Shown: positions 31,966-42,607 of the stretch, one piece after another | Layout: every line of letters begins with the position of its first letter | Numbering within the stretch: position 1 is the first letter of the stretch | Source of the DNA: an uncultured archaeon | Lineage (GTDB): Archaea > Asgardarchaeota > Lokiarchaeia > Sigyniarchaeales > SOKP01 | Assembly: GCA_964486045.1 (NCBI GenBank) | Contig: CAZALK010000001.1 | Location: 360,242 to 424,241, forward strand | Direction of reading: 5' to 3' | DNA length: 64,000 nucleotides | Translations under genes and position numbers: made by a program | Notes under the pieces: model-generated | The model's database searches: none | What the model saw: only the letters and a program-made list of their open reading frames with translations | Told to the model about the DNA's origin: nothing

Positions 31966-32646
31966 CTAACTTGCTTGATACCCACAATAAGGACATTTTA
32001 ATTTAAGGAACGCCACATTAAATCCTTTTATTTCTACGATAATCCTATTGCAACTGGGACATCGTGGCGAGTACTCGGGAAACCAGTGTCCTTTTATGTT
32101 TGGCATCTGCTTAAGCATGGCATTGAATTTCAATTTCTCTAAATCTTTGTTACCCACTTGAAGTAATTGTTGCTCTTCGGCAATAGATTTTCCTTTTGGT
32201 GCCAAGACCATTAAGAATTTCATTTTTTTTGGTTTATTCAACAAAGATAATGTTCGTAAAATCGCCTCTTCTTTATATTGATTAAATAGCTTTCCTAGCT
32301 CTGGAGGTGCTAATGCAGCTAGAATGGCTTGAGGTTTCTCTTTTTTTTCAGTTTTTTGAAACAGGAACTGATACATTCGATTTTGGTCATCACAAGCCCA
32401 AAGAAAATTAAAACTAGAAATATCATAATCCTCATCATTAGGTCCAACTATTCTTTTAATACATTCTGTCCATGAATAATGTTTGAAATTATACAAGTTT
32501 GAGAGGATATCATCGAAAAACTCAGGTTCAATTACAGGAAAAGTTTGAAATATATTTTTTAATGAAAATAATTTTACTTGAGTTAAATTTTTTGAACTAA
32601 GTTTATCCCAAGGTGTAAATAGTTTAACATTAAAAAAAACATTCAT
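31966..32646 (-). CDS. Hypothetical protein with C-terminal Zn ribbon
   Basis: CPSC...CPYCGY at the C-terminus. Confidence 0.7.
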   Translation of the reverse strand: MNVFFNVKLFTPWDKLSSKNLTQVKLFSLKNIFQTFPVIEPEFFDDILSNLYNFKHYSWTECIKRIVGPNDEDYDISSFNFLWACDDQNRMYQFLFQKTEKKEKPQAILAALAPPELGKLFNQYKEEAILRTLSLLNKPKKMKFLMVLAPKGKSIAEEQQLLQVGNKDLEKLKFNAMLKQMPNIKGHWFPEYSPRCPSCNRIIVEIKGFNVAFLKLKCPYCGYQAS

Positions 32647-32733
32647 ATAATATCAATAAACACTATGTTTAAAAATTGATTTTATATGATAAATTAATAT
32701 TTTTTAAAAATTTCATTCAATAGAATATTATTT

Positions 32734-33903
32734 ATGTCTTTAATTTGGGATACTAAAGCTGATGTCGTACATAAAGGAGACGAATTAAGAGATGTCTCGC
32801 CTTCATATGATAAAACTTATATGGATAAAGAAGGGATTACCCATTATGTATTCAGCAATATTATGTTTAATAATCCCAGATATAGTATACCCTCAAACGA
32901 TATTAAACTTTTCGAAAGATTCATCGATGGTGGTTCAAGGGAATATCCTTCTGATGGAAATATTCCTACAGATTTAGTAGCGGGGGAAGCGAGGATTATT
33001 TTAAAAGAGATCACTAAAATATCTAAAAATCCTAGAGCAACTTACCATAAAGAAGCTTTTGAATCATTGCAGAAAGGTAAGCTTGCAATAATAAGAGGAA
33101 CCGTGAAATTATATTTAGGTAAATTTACGACAAGAGATTGGAGAAGAAAGAGGTTTACGGATGATATAGATTTCTGGATGCACAAGATTGAATTATTAGA
33201 ACATGTGTTAAAGAAAACTGGTTGGGTAAGGAATAAGAAAACACGTGAATGGGAAAAAAAAGTGTATTGGAATAATCCTTTTTCGAATGAAAGAGAAGAG
33301 CATGTACTTGTCGCATCTAACGATATTAATCAAGCTCTTGATTTTGGTGGAGGGAGTTATCTTGATGGTACTTCTTTAAAGGATATTTTTAAAAAGAAAA
33401 TTAAAAGAGGACATGATGTTGATATTAGTGATATTATTAATGTAGCCATGGTTTTCAATAAATCAGAGGGTTTTGCAGTTGATAAATGGTATGAAGGGTG
33501 GGATGCTTTTGAGGAAAGTGCAAATACTCGAAGTACAAGAACTATTTCAAATTTAATAACTCTAATAAGGCATTCTTTTTCAATTGCACATTATCTTGAA
33601 AGAGTAGGGAATGTATTAATTAAACTCCACGATTTGATTTTTGATCAAATTATATTTCCGAACCAAAAAATTGTAAAAATCACTCGAGTTTCAGTTCATT
33701 GGCAAAAATACCTAAAAAGACATGGTCCAGACATTACAAGGGAATTAATTCATAACTATATTTTTGAACAAGGTCATTTCAAGTTATACTATTCAAAAAA
33801 TCTCAAGCACTTTGGAGAAAAAGTGCTAGAGCTATTGAATTCTAGGTTATTGAACGCTAAAGTAGTTTTTGAAATAGAAAAAGAAGATTACCTCATTTAT
33901 TAA
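32734..33903 (+). CDS. Putative nucleotidyltransferase-fold protein (DxD intact)
   Basis: IIRGTVKLY...RFTDDIDF resembles hG[GS]..RxTxDID; KKKIKRGHDVDISD resembles the K...RxxDxxD motif of AbiEii-like NTases. Confidence 0.6.
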   Translation: MSLIWDTKADVVHKGDELRDVSPSYDKTYMDKEGITHYVFSNIMFNNPRYSIPSNDIKLFERFIDGGSREYPSDGNIPTDLVAGEARIILKEITKISKNPRATYHKEAFESLQKGKLAIIRGTVKLYLGKFTTRDWRRKRFTDDIDFWMHKIELLEHVLKKTGWVRNKKTREWEKKVYWNNPFSNEREEHVLVASNDINQALDFGGGSYLDGTSLKDIFKKKIKRGHDVDISDIINVAMVFNKSEGFAVDKWYEGWDAFEESANTRSTRTISNLITLIRHSFSIAHYLERVGNVLIKLHDLIFDQIIFPNQKIVKITRVSVHWQKYLKRHGPDITRELIHNYIFEQGHFKLYYSKNLKHFGEKVLELLNSRLLNAKVVFEIEKEDYLIY

Positions 33904-33996
33904 TGTATTCTTAGCATATAATAATCGAATTGTTTTAAGAGAAATGTAGATTTAATAAAATAGCAATTTTAGCACATCTAATTAGTTGTTGGAAAT

Positions 33997-35145
33997 ATGG
34001 AAGGGATTTGGGACTTAAGGACAGATGCTGTTCAAGAAGGTGACAAGTTAAGAGATGTATCCCCTATTACTCATAAAACTAGAATTGATGAAAATGGTTA
34101 TACGCATTATCTATTTAAAGGACAACTATTTAAAACACCTTCTTACAGAATTCCAGAGGATGATTTTAAATTATTTAGAATGTTTTTAGATGGCGAGGCC
34201 CTAATTTACCCCTCGGATGGAGACATACCCTTAGATATTGTTGCTGTAGAAGCTAAAAAAGTTTTAAACTACATCGTTACATGTTCCTTAAATTTAAACT
34301 CCCCCTATTATAAGGACGCTAATATTTCTTTGAAAAATGGTAAAAAATCTTTAGTGAGAGGTGCTTTAAAGTTATATTTGGGCAAATTTACAACCAATGA
34401 TTGGAGGAGAAAACGTTTAACCGGTTCAATTGATTTTTTTACGTTTCAGGTGAGTTTGTTAGATCATTCATTAACACAGATGGGCTGGTTGAAAAATAAA
34501 GAGACTAATTATTGGGAAAAAAATCTACAATGGTCCGATCCTGACAATCCAAAAGTATTATATGATGTGGTTTGTAAAGCAAATAACCTTAACCAATTAC
34601 TCGATTTTGTTGCTGAAAATTATTTTGAGGGAACGAAACTTAGAGAAATTTTCATTACAAAACTAAAACGTGGACTTAATGTTGATTTAAATGATATAAT
34701 TAATGTAGTTCTATGTATTTATGATTCAAATAGTAAAAATAAAGGAGAGTGGGATGATGTGTGGGAATCTTTTGAAGTGACCACAAATACTCGAGACGCA
34801 AAAATTACTTCAAATATAATTAGCTTATGTTGTTTTTCATTAGGTATTGCTGATCATTTAGAACGAATTAGCTTTGCCTTAGATAAGCATCATATTAAAA
34901 TTTTTGACAAAAAAGAATATCTTGATCAATCAATAAGAAAAGTTAGTAGAAAATTAATGAACTGGAGAAATGATCTCGAGGGAAATGGTCCAGAAGTAAC
35001 AAGAGATATGATTCATGAGTTTTTACTTAAACAAAAAGAGGAAAAGCTAAAACATGTGAGAAATTTAAGAACTTTTTCGCAAGATATTTTAAAATTGCTT
35101 AATTCTAAATATGAATATCTAAAAATTATATTTGAAATTGATTAG
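33997..35145 (+). CDS. Paralog of upstream NTase-fold protein, first catalytic Asp lost
   Basis: Colinear with the upstream ORF (IWD..DKLRDVSP, YPSDGDIP, KLYLGKFTT.DWRRKR) but has RLTGSIDF. Confidence 0.6.
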   Translation: MEGIWDLRTDAVQEGDKLRDVSPITHKTRIDENGYTHYLFKGQLFKTPSYRIPEDDFKLFRMFLDGEALIYPSDGDIPLDIVAVEAKKVLNYIVTCSLNLNSPYYKDANISLKNGKKSLVRGALKLYLGKFTTNDWRRKRLTGSIDFFTFQVSLLDHSLTQMGWLKNKETNYWEKNLQWSDPDNPKVLYDVVCKANNLNQLLDFVAENYFEGTKLREIFITKLKRGLNVDLNDIINVVLCIYDSNSKNKGEWDDVWESFEVTTNTRDAKITSNIISLCCFSLGIADHLERISFALDKHHIKIFDKKEYLDQSIRKVSRKLMNWRNDLEGNGPEVTRDMIHEFLLKQKEEKLKHVRNLRTFSQDILKLLNSKYEYLKIIFEID

Positions 35146-35659
35146 TTAATTGCTCTGCCTCATGCTTAGATTCACCATCTTTTAAAAATCGTTCGCTTGT
35201 TATACCATGAAGTAGTGAAAATCCAACAACTGAAATCAGAGACAATATCCCCGCTAGATACCACACCCAGTTTGGTCCAAGATTTTCCATTACCATTCCA
35301 GCGCCTAAAATCCCAAACAGATTAGGAATCGTCCAATGGAAACCATAAATCGCCATATACCGTCCTCGTTTATCTTCAGGAGCAAAAAAAGCAGCTGTGG
35401 CTTGTCCAATAGGTGCTACAATCATCTCCCCAACGGTAATAATAATCATTGCTATAAAAAACAAATATGTCTCAGAAACAAAGCCGTACATACTAAATCC
35501 AACTAGATAGAAGATGGTTCCAATTGCCATCATTTTCATGGGAGCATATTTTGAAATTTTTCTGGTTATCCAGAATTGAAACAGCACTACCATAAGTGCA
35601 TTCATACTTAATAATAAGCTAAAATTCTGAACGGGAAATTCATGAACATCCCGTAAAAA
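35126..35659 (-). pseudogene. C-terminal half of an MFS transporter
   Basis: IIITVGEMI, APEDKRGRYM; the frame opens only after a TAA at 35660-62, so the N-terminal half is missing. Confidence 0.8.
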
Positions 35660-35961
35660 TTAACGATGTTTATGGTGTTTTACATAATAATTTTTAATAT
35701 TTATAGATAAATTTATTGAACTTTACTTGAACTATGAAACGAGGAATTTTGGTATAAAAAAAGAAATTGCTCCCTCAATTTTAAATCTTTAATTGAATGG
35801 GAGAAATAAATAAATAGGCTAGTCTGATAAGCGAAATAAAGAAGAAAATTAACGATAATAATTTAAAAATTCTTTTAATAACAATTTTTTTATGGGAAAA
35901 ATTTTGCTATGAAATGTACCAATGGAAATAATATAATTATTTTGTTATCTTTATAAAAATA

Positions 35962-37215
35962 GTGAAAAAAATGTATGATTATTTATTAAGTGAAGAAAAT
36001 AAGATATTTAGAGAAGAGGTCCGAGAGGTAGTAAAAAACTCTGTATCACCCACTTTGTTAAAAAAAATGGATAAAGATGAGATACAATACCCAGCAGAGT
36101 GGTTACAAGAATTAGCAAAGCATAACTTAATAGGAATAAGGTTTTCAAAAGCGTATGGAGGACGAGGATTAAATTGGGAGAGCGAAATTATTGCTCTAGA
36201 AGAAATTGGAGTACTTGGGAGTTCACTCGCATGTTTATTTTCATTGCCAAGTATATGTGGAGAAGCACTTAATAAATTTGGAACGAATTTTCAGAAGGAG
36301 AAATACTTAAAACCTATGTGCGAAGGAAAGAAGTTCACGGCAGAAGCTTTAACTGAGCCACGAGGTGGGTCTGATTTCTTTGGTTCTACATGTACAGCTG
36401 TAAAGGAAGGCGATGATTATATATTAAACGGGGAAAAAAGATTTGTAGTTGGTGCAGAAGGTGCGGATTTTTTCTTGGTTTATGCAAAAACAGATTTTAG
36501 TCAAAATGTAGATTCTCGTCAATCACTGAGTTTATTTATTGTAGATAAAAGTGATGATTTAATTGTTGAATATCTTTTTGGGTTGCTAGGAACCCGTGGT
36601 GGGGGAGCAGGACGTATTAAGTTTAAGGATGTAAAAGTACCGAAAAAGAACATAATCCTCGAAGAAGGTGCAGGAGGTCAAATTTTTTATCAAATGATGG
36701 TTCCAGAGAGGTTGACAACTGCGTCTGGCTTTATAGGACTAGCACGAGCAAGTTTAAGAATTGCAACTAAATATAGTACAAAAAGAAAAGCTTTTGGGCA
36801 AACAATTAAAAACTTTCAAGGTGTTAATTTCAAAATTGCAGATAGTATTACTCTTTTAGATGCAGTAAGAGCTATTGTTTTTAATACAGCTAAAGTCATT
36901 GATTCCGGAGCTCCGGCCTCATTGCAGAGACGATTAGTATCAGAATCGAAAAAATTTTCAACAAAGTCATGTTGGAAGATTATCAACAATGCAATGCAAA
37001 TAATGGGTGGAATAGGCTACACTACTATCTACCCGCTTGAAAGATTATTAAGAGATGCCAAAATTGGAGAGATTTGGACGGGAACCACTCAAGTGATGAA
37101 TATGATCATCGCACATGAATATTACAAGGAAATTTTAAGCGATAAGTGGATTGGACGAGATATAGAACAAGACGCTATTGATGCTGATCATGATGAAGAA
37201 AAGCACTATGGTTAA
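35962..37215 (+). CDS. Acyl-CoA dehydrogenase
   Basis: ALTEPRGGSD, LNGEKRF, RKAFG, QIMGGIGY, ERLLRD. Confidence 0.95.
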   Translation: MKKMYDYLLSEENKIFREEVREVVKNSVSPTLLKKMDKDEIQYPAEWLQELAKHNLIGIRFSKAYGGRGLNWESEIIALEEIGVLGSSLACLFSLPSICGEALNKFGTNFQKEKYLKPMCEGKKFTAEALTEPRGGSDFFGSTCTAVKEGDDYILNGEKRFVVGAEGADFFLVYAKTDFSQNVDSRQSLSLFIVDKSDDLIVEYLFGLLGTRGGGAGRIKFKDVKVPKKNIILEEGAGGQIFYQMMVPERLTTASGFIGLARASLRIATKYSTKRKAFGQTIKNFQGVNFKIADSITLLDAVRAIVFNTAKVIDSGAPASLQRRLVSESKKFSTKSCWKIINNAMQIMGGIGYTTIYPLERLLRDAKIGEIWTGTTQVMNMIIAHEYYKEILSDKWIGRDIEQDAIDADHDEEKHYG

Positions 37216-37282
37216 AAATCATCGTGAAAGATGCGTTTCACGATCATTTTAAAAAACAATTTAAATGCTTTAGAAAGAGATT

Positions 37283-38740
37283 TCAGCTTTTCTTGAATTC
37301 TTTGAATAAACTTCTCATTTTTAAGAAAGAATTAATAAAGGCTAAAAGTCTTCTTGGGTTCAAAAGAAATAGCAATCCTCGAGTTTTAAGTAAACGTTTA
37401 CCTGAAGCTTTTAAATTATTAACGTATTTTAATTCTCTATAAGAGTAATATAAGAGATCATATAATTGTTTTGAGCTTAATTGATGAGTTTTAATAACAG
37501 GATAAAATACTGTATAATTAGACCATTCTTTGGAAACAATTAAACTTTGCTGATCTAATTCTTCCATTACAACACTTCCGGGAAATGGGGTTAATATCAC
37601 AAAACTCACTATATCTACATCCACATTCTTCATATATTTTATTTCTTTAACAACATCTTCTTCTGTTTCATATAAATCAAGCCCAATAATTAAATTCCCT
37701 AGGACAATTAGATTATTCTTGTGTAAAATTTTTAGTGCTTCAACCACTTTTTTAAATTCGAATCCTTTTCTCGTTTCTTTAAGAGATTCTTCATTAATAC
37801 TTTCTATCCCTATAAAAACAACCCAGAATCCTGCTTGAGCCATTTTTTTTACCATTTGAGGTGCCTTTACAATAGAATCTACCCTAATTTGTGCAAAAAA
37901 TTTAAAATCATTAATTTCTTTTTTTTGTTTACATTCAATTATTCTTTCACACAAATTTTCAATTCTTTTAGTGTTTGCAGTTAAATTATCGTCTACAAAA
38001 AAGATATCTGTAATTTTTCTATTTTGAGAGATCAATTTTAATTCTGTAATAATTTTCTCAATTGGTCGTGCCCTCCATAATTGATTATTGAAAACATGAG
38101 TTGTACAAAATTTACAACTGTAAGGACAACCCCTAGAAGTTTCCACCGTTTCTAATCTCACTGTAAACATTTTATATTTGTTTTTCTTTGTTAGTTCTCT
38201 TGCTGGATATCTTATATTCTCAAAGTCTTTTATTAATGGTCTATCAGGATTATGAATTATCTTTCCATTAGATTTATAGGACATCCCTTCTACACCTTCA
38301 GGAGTACCTTTAATGACAAATTCTCTAAAAGTTAATTCTCCTTCTCCTCTTACTAATATATCAACCTCATTGATATTTAGTGTTGAATTGGGCTCAAAAG
38401 TGGGATGTCGCCCACCAAATATCACAAAACAATTTGGATTAACCTTTTTTACGATCTTTGCTACATCAATTGAGATTTTTAATGCTGCAGATACAAAAAC
38501 AGAGATTCCAACTATATCGGGATTAAATTTTTCAATTTTTTTTTTGATTTGTTTACTGGATAAGTTTCTTACTTTTGTATCAAGAATTTCAACATCAACA
38601 TCTAAATCAATTAAATAGCTAGCGATATATGATAAATTTATTGGGGGAAAATCCATATTTAAATAATCCCATCCAATTGTTCTATAATTTGGTTTGATAA
38701 GTAAAATTTTTTTTCGGTGAGGATTCTGTTTTTTTGACAT
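37283..38740 (-). CDS. Cobalamin-binding radical SAM protein
   Basis: B12-binding N-domain (GGRHPT, RGEGE) plus ETSRGCPYSCKFC, FVDDN, GIES, TPFPG. Confidence 0.93.
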   Translation of the reverse strand: MSKKQNPHRKKILLIKPNYRTIGWDYLNMDFPPINLSYIASYLIDLDVDVEILDTKVRNLSSKQIKKKIEKFNPDIVGISVFVSAALKISIDVAKIVKKVNPNCFVIFGGRHPTFEPNSTLNINEVDILVRGEGELTFREFVIKGTPEGVEGMSYKSNGKIIHNPDRPLIKDFENIRYPARELTKKNKYKMFTVRLETVETSRGCPYSCKFCTTHVFNNQLWRARPIEKIITELKLISQNRKITDIFFVDDNLTANTKRIENLCERIIECKQKKEINDFKFFAQIRVDSIVKAPQMVKKMAQAGFWVVFIGIESINEESLKETRKGFEFKKVVEALKILHKNNLIVLGNLIIGLDLYETEEDVVKEIKYMKNVDVDIVSFVILTPFPGSVVMEELDQQSLIVSKEWSNYTVFYPVIKTHQLSSKQLYDLLYYSYRELKYVNNLKASGKRLLKTRGLLFLLNPRRLLAFINSFLKMRSLFKEFKKS

Positions 38741-38755
38741 TTCTTACTCCACTAT

Positions 38756-40288
38756 TTAGTCCATAAGTTTGGTGATTTCAGTTTGTAAATCTACCATATG
38801 GTTTAGATTGCCTGATCTTATTTGTTTTATGTTTTTCTTTTTGATTCCTTTTAGGTTATTCAAGACAATTTTTTTCCATTTTAAATAGCTTGTAATTGCA
38901 TTGTAGATTCTTGAGGGTCGGAGTGTATAAGAATATCCTCTTGATCCAACAGTTCGACGAAATAATTTAATCTTATTACTTAAATTTCCCGCATAGAATC
39001 CAACAGCATAAAATCCAAGAAAAAGTAACTTTTTTAGAATTTCAGGCGAGAAGTTATTAGTTTTGATTACTGGGGTTAGCCAGTTAAAATTATCATACTC
39101 TTCTGTGAGGAGCATTTTTTTCTCTTTCATTTCTTTGTAAAAACCGGTTGCAGGAAAGGGTGTTAGTAATGTAAAACTTGGTAAATCTAAAGTTAAATTT
39201 CCAGTTCTATTAATAGTAGTAAGGACATCTTTTAAAGTATCATCAATATCAGCTCCTAAAATGACATTTCCCATAACAATTATTCCATTTTTATGTAAAA
39301 TCTTTATTCCTTTCTCAATATCATCCATTTTGCATCCTTTATCAACAAACTTCAATCGTTTATCATCTGTAGCTTCAACACCAACCAAAACAAGCCAAAA
39401 ACCTGCTTCTGCCATCAATCTAATAATTCGTGGACGTCTTGCAATTGAATCCAGGCGTCCTTGAAAGAAGAAATGTAAATTTTTTTTTATTCTCCCACCC
39501 CTTTTACCTTTAATTATTTCTAGACATAATCTCCCAACACGTTGCATATTAACAAGAATATTATCGTCTACAAAAAATACATCTTTAACTTTTTTGTTTC
39601 TTGACACAACTTCCAATTCTTTAATTATATTTTCGACTGACCTTGCTCTCCAAGTTCGGCCATAAACCACATTAGTACTACAGAACTTACACGCTTGTGG
39701 ACATCCACGGGATGTTTCTATAGCATCACAGTTCATATTAAATATTTTATAATTGTAATCTTTAACCAAATGACGAGCTGGCAACTTTAACTCATTTAAA
39801 TTTTTCAAAAATGGTCTGTCTGGATTGTTGATAATTTTACCATTCTTTTTATATGATAATCCGTCAACATTTTCCGGGGTACCCTTCTCAATCAGTTCAC
39901 GGAAAGTAAATTCGCCTTCTCCTCTAACTAAAATATCAATCCATGGAGATGACAAAGTTTGCTCAACTGCTAAAGTAGGATGCCACCCCCCTATTACTGT
40001 TGTTGCCCCATATAATTTTGCAACTTTTGCATGCATGAGCACAAGTTCAATTGCACTAGTAACTGGTACGGATAAACCAACTAAATCAGGTTTGTACTCT
40101 TCGATTTTTTTTTTAACTTGTTGAAGATTTAAATTAGCAGCTTTAGAATCTATAATTATTACATCTACCAAATCTTCTACATATGCAGCGATATATTCAA
40201 GAGCCAAGGGGGGAAAAGCAGAATCATAAAAATCATAACCAGTAGTACTGAAATTAGCAACTAATAATAAAATTTTTTTCCATTTCAT
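38756..40288 (-). CDS. Cobalamin-binding radical SAM protein (paralog)
   Basis: GGWHPT, RGEGE, ETSRGCPQACKFC, FVDDN, TPFPAT. Confidence 0.93.
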   Translation of the reverse strand: MKWKKILLLVANFSTTGYDFYDSAFPPLALEYIAAYVEDLVDVIIIDSKAANLNLQQVKKKIEEYKPDLVGLSVPVTSAIELVLMHAKVAKLYGATTVIGGWHPTLAVEQTLSSPWIDILVRGEGEFTFRELIEKGTPENVDGLSYKKNGKIINNPDRPFLKNLNELKLPARHLVKDYNYKIFNMNCDAIETSRGCPQACKFCSTNVVYGRTWRARSVENIIKELEVVSRNKKVKDVFFVDDNILVNMQRVGRLCLEIIKGKRGGRIKKNLHFFFQGRLDSIARRPRIIRLMAEAGFWLVLVGVEATDDKRLKFVDKGCKMDDIEKGIKILHKNGIIVMGNVILGADIDDTLKDVLTTINRTGNLTLDLPSFTLLTPFPATGFYKEMKEKKMLLTEEYDNFNWLTPVIKTNNFSPEILKKLLFLGFYAVGFYAGNLSNKIKLFRRTVGSRGYSYTLRPSRIYNAITSYLKWKKIVLNNLKGIKKKNIKQIRSGNLNHMVDLQTEITKLMD

Positions 40289-40442
40289 TTTTTTATATGA
40301 TTTGATTTAATTAAAATAATTAAAAATAATTCTTCTTTTATCTTAGAATAATATAATGAAACCTTTTTAGTTTAAAGATTTGTAGAAAAATAGTTTTTAA
40401 AAAAATTCATTAGATTCTTATTAAATAACTCTCGAACGTTTC

Positions 40443-41600
40443 TTATTTTTGTTTTGATAAATATCTAATTTTGACTAATAAATCGCGTAATTCCATTTTA
40501 TCATTATCAGGGGTAATATATTTTTTTTTAACGCCTTCTGAGAGGGGAACTGTTTCCATTCTATTACCTTGAAGAGAAACCATTTTTCCAAAATTACCCT
40601 TCAAAACAAGCTTCATAGCTGCTAATCCAAATCTTAAGCCCAAAATCCTATCAAATGAATTTGGTGTTCCGGCACGCATAGTGTGACCAAGAACTACACT
40701 TCGACATTCAAAATCTACCCCATTTTTCTGGAATTCTTGTTTTAAGTCATCTCTTAGGTCTAATTCATCGACAATTATTTGAGATATATTTAGCTTTACC
40801 AATAGTGGATTGCCGAATGTATCTTTTGGTAATTTATCTAATGTTTCTTTTGAAATAGTTTTAAAATCTCGATTTAGCGATTCAGGGTTTGGGTAAGCAC
40901 CTTCGGATATAGCTATTATATGATGTTTATAACCCGCATTAACTCTATTTTTTAGAACATTAATCACGTCTTTTTTTAAATCAAAAGGTGTTTCTGGGAT
41001 TAAAATTATATCTGCTCCGGCTGAGATCCCACTATACATGGTTAAAAATCCCGCGTCTCTGCCCATTATTTCTACGACAAATACTCTCTGATGTGAACGA
41101 GCTGTGGTAGTAAGATTATCCATTGCATTAGAAGCTAATTGCGTCGAACTCCAGAAACCAAACGTATAATGTGTTCCTTGCAAGTCATTATCAATGGTTT
41201 TTGGCACCCCTACCACTTTTGCATTAGCATATTTATATAAAGTATCGGCAACTCCAAGGCTATCATCGCCGCCTATTGCTATTAAGGCATCTATTCCCAA
41301 CTCGCCAAACTTGGAGGTTAATTCTTTGGCAATCTGTTCTTTTGATGATCCGCCTTTAAACGGATTTGTCCTGCTAGTAAACAATAATGTACCACCAATA
41401 GTATGTAAATCGTCGTGCTCGGCAATGTTCAGTGGGATCGTAAGATTCTCAATAAAACCTTTCCACCCTTTTAGAATTCCTACACATTCAACATTGGCTT
41501 CATAAGCTTTAAGCATGATCCCGTAAATTACTGAATTTAAACCAGGACAGTCTCCTCCACCGGTTAAGATCCCAATTCTTTTTATTTGAGTTCCCATCAC
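40443..41600 (-). CDS. pfp: PfkA-family 6-phosphofructokinase, probably PPi-dependent
   Basis: GGGDCPG, GGDDS, PKTIDND, MGR. The Asp (GGDD) plus Lys (PKTIDND) combination indicates PPi use. Confidence 0.88.
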   Translation of the reverse strand: MMGTQIKRIGILTGGGDCPGLNSVIYGIMLKAYEANVECVGILKGWKGFIENLTIPLNIAEHDDLHTIGGTLLFTSRTNPFKGGSSKEQIAKELTSKFGELGIDALIAIGGDDSLGVADTLYKYANAKVVGVPKTIDNDLQGTHYTFGFWSSTQLASNAMDNLTTTARSHQRVFVVEIMGRDAGFLTMYSGISAGADIILIPETPFDLKKDVINVLKNRVNAGYKHHIIAISEGAYPNPESLNRDFKTISKETLDKLPKDTFGNPLLVKLNISQIIVDELDLRDDLKQEFQKNGVDFECRSVVLGHTMRAGTPNSFDRILGLRFGLAAMKLVLKGNFGKMVSLQGNRMETVPLSEGVKKKYITPDNDKMELRDLLVKIRYLSKQK

Positions 41601-41672
41601 TTTTCACATATAACGGAATTGATTTTATAAAACATTAGATAAAATCATATTTTATATTTATTCTAATTCATT

Positions 41673-42209
41673 TTACTTAAGTTTTTCAAACTTATATTTT
41701 GATTTATCATGTGGAATTATATAGCTCCCTCCTTGAGTGTCAGTGATTACTAAAGTAAATTTTAATTGTCCTTTCATAGCTTCTTTCATATCATTAAGGA
41801 GTTCCTCAATTTCAAAAATTTGTTGATCATCTTCCTCAAGACTATTCCTATAAATTGAAACTGCATTTTCAAAACGAAGTAATATACCTTCCACATTAGT
41901 ATAGTAGAAATCTGCTCTTGGGCCTGGTTCTACCAACAACTCAAGTTCTGGGATTTCTAATTTCCCCATCGGTGAACGGTATATTTTTGATTTGAGATCT
42001 GTTTCATTTGAAACTTCAAGAGTTATAATTCCAGAATCCCTATTTGTCGTAAGAGGGATGATATCATTTTTAAGAAAACTACATTTATCACATTCAAATT
42101 TCAAAATCAGCATTTTATCTTTATCTGGTAGATCGTACACTGCTTTATTGATTTTAATTATTCCTTTTGTGCAAGCAGGACATTTAATTGAATAATCTTC
42201 TTGTGTCAT
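41673..42209 (-). CDS. zpr1: ZPR1 zinc-finger protein
   Basis: CPAC...CDKC, IPELEL.VEPG, TNVEGIL, DTQGGSYI. Confidence 0.92.
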   Translation of the reverse strand: MTQEDYSIKCPACTKGIIKINKAVYDLPDKDKMLILKFECDKCSFLKNDIIPLTTNRDSGIITLEVSNETDLKSKIYRSPMGKLEIPELELLVEPGPRADFYYTNVEGILLRFENAVSIYRNSLEEDDQQIFEIEELLNDMKEAMKGQLKFTLVITDTQGGSYIIPHDKSKYKFEKLK

Positions 42210-42607
42210 ATTGACGAGATCAGATGTTTCTTTAATTTAAGATATTGATTGATAATTAAATAAAAGTTCCATCCTTTTTTTCCTTTGGCTAATTTGATAT
42301 TTATATTGATTTTATGATTGAGATGCCTTAAAATTATAAAACTATTTCGAAAATTTTTTATTGATCTCATTTTTTTACGTTATTAGTAAAAGAATAGTTT
42401 ACTATTAGATAATAATATAAAGTTGTGTGATTCTAATGATTAAGAATAAAATTCATCCATTAAAAATCATAAGCATTATATTATTAATAGTGCCTTTACT
42501 TATTTTAGTATAGGAAACTACTTGGCAACTAAAAAATCAATCGGTTTCTACGTTTTTAATGGTTGCACTGAGAATATTACGTACAAAAATCATAGAAGTG
42601 GAAAAAA

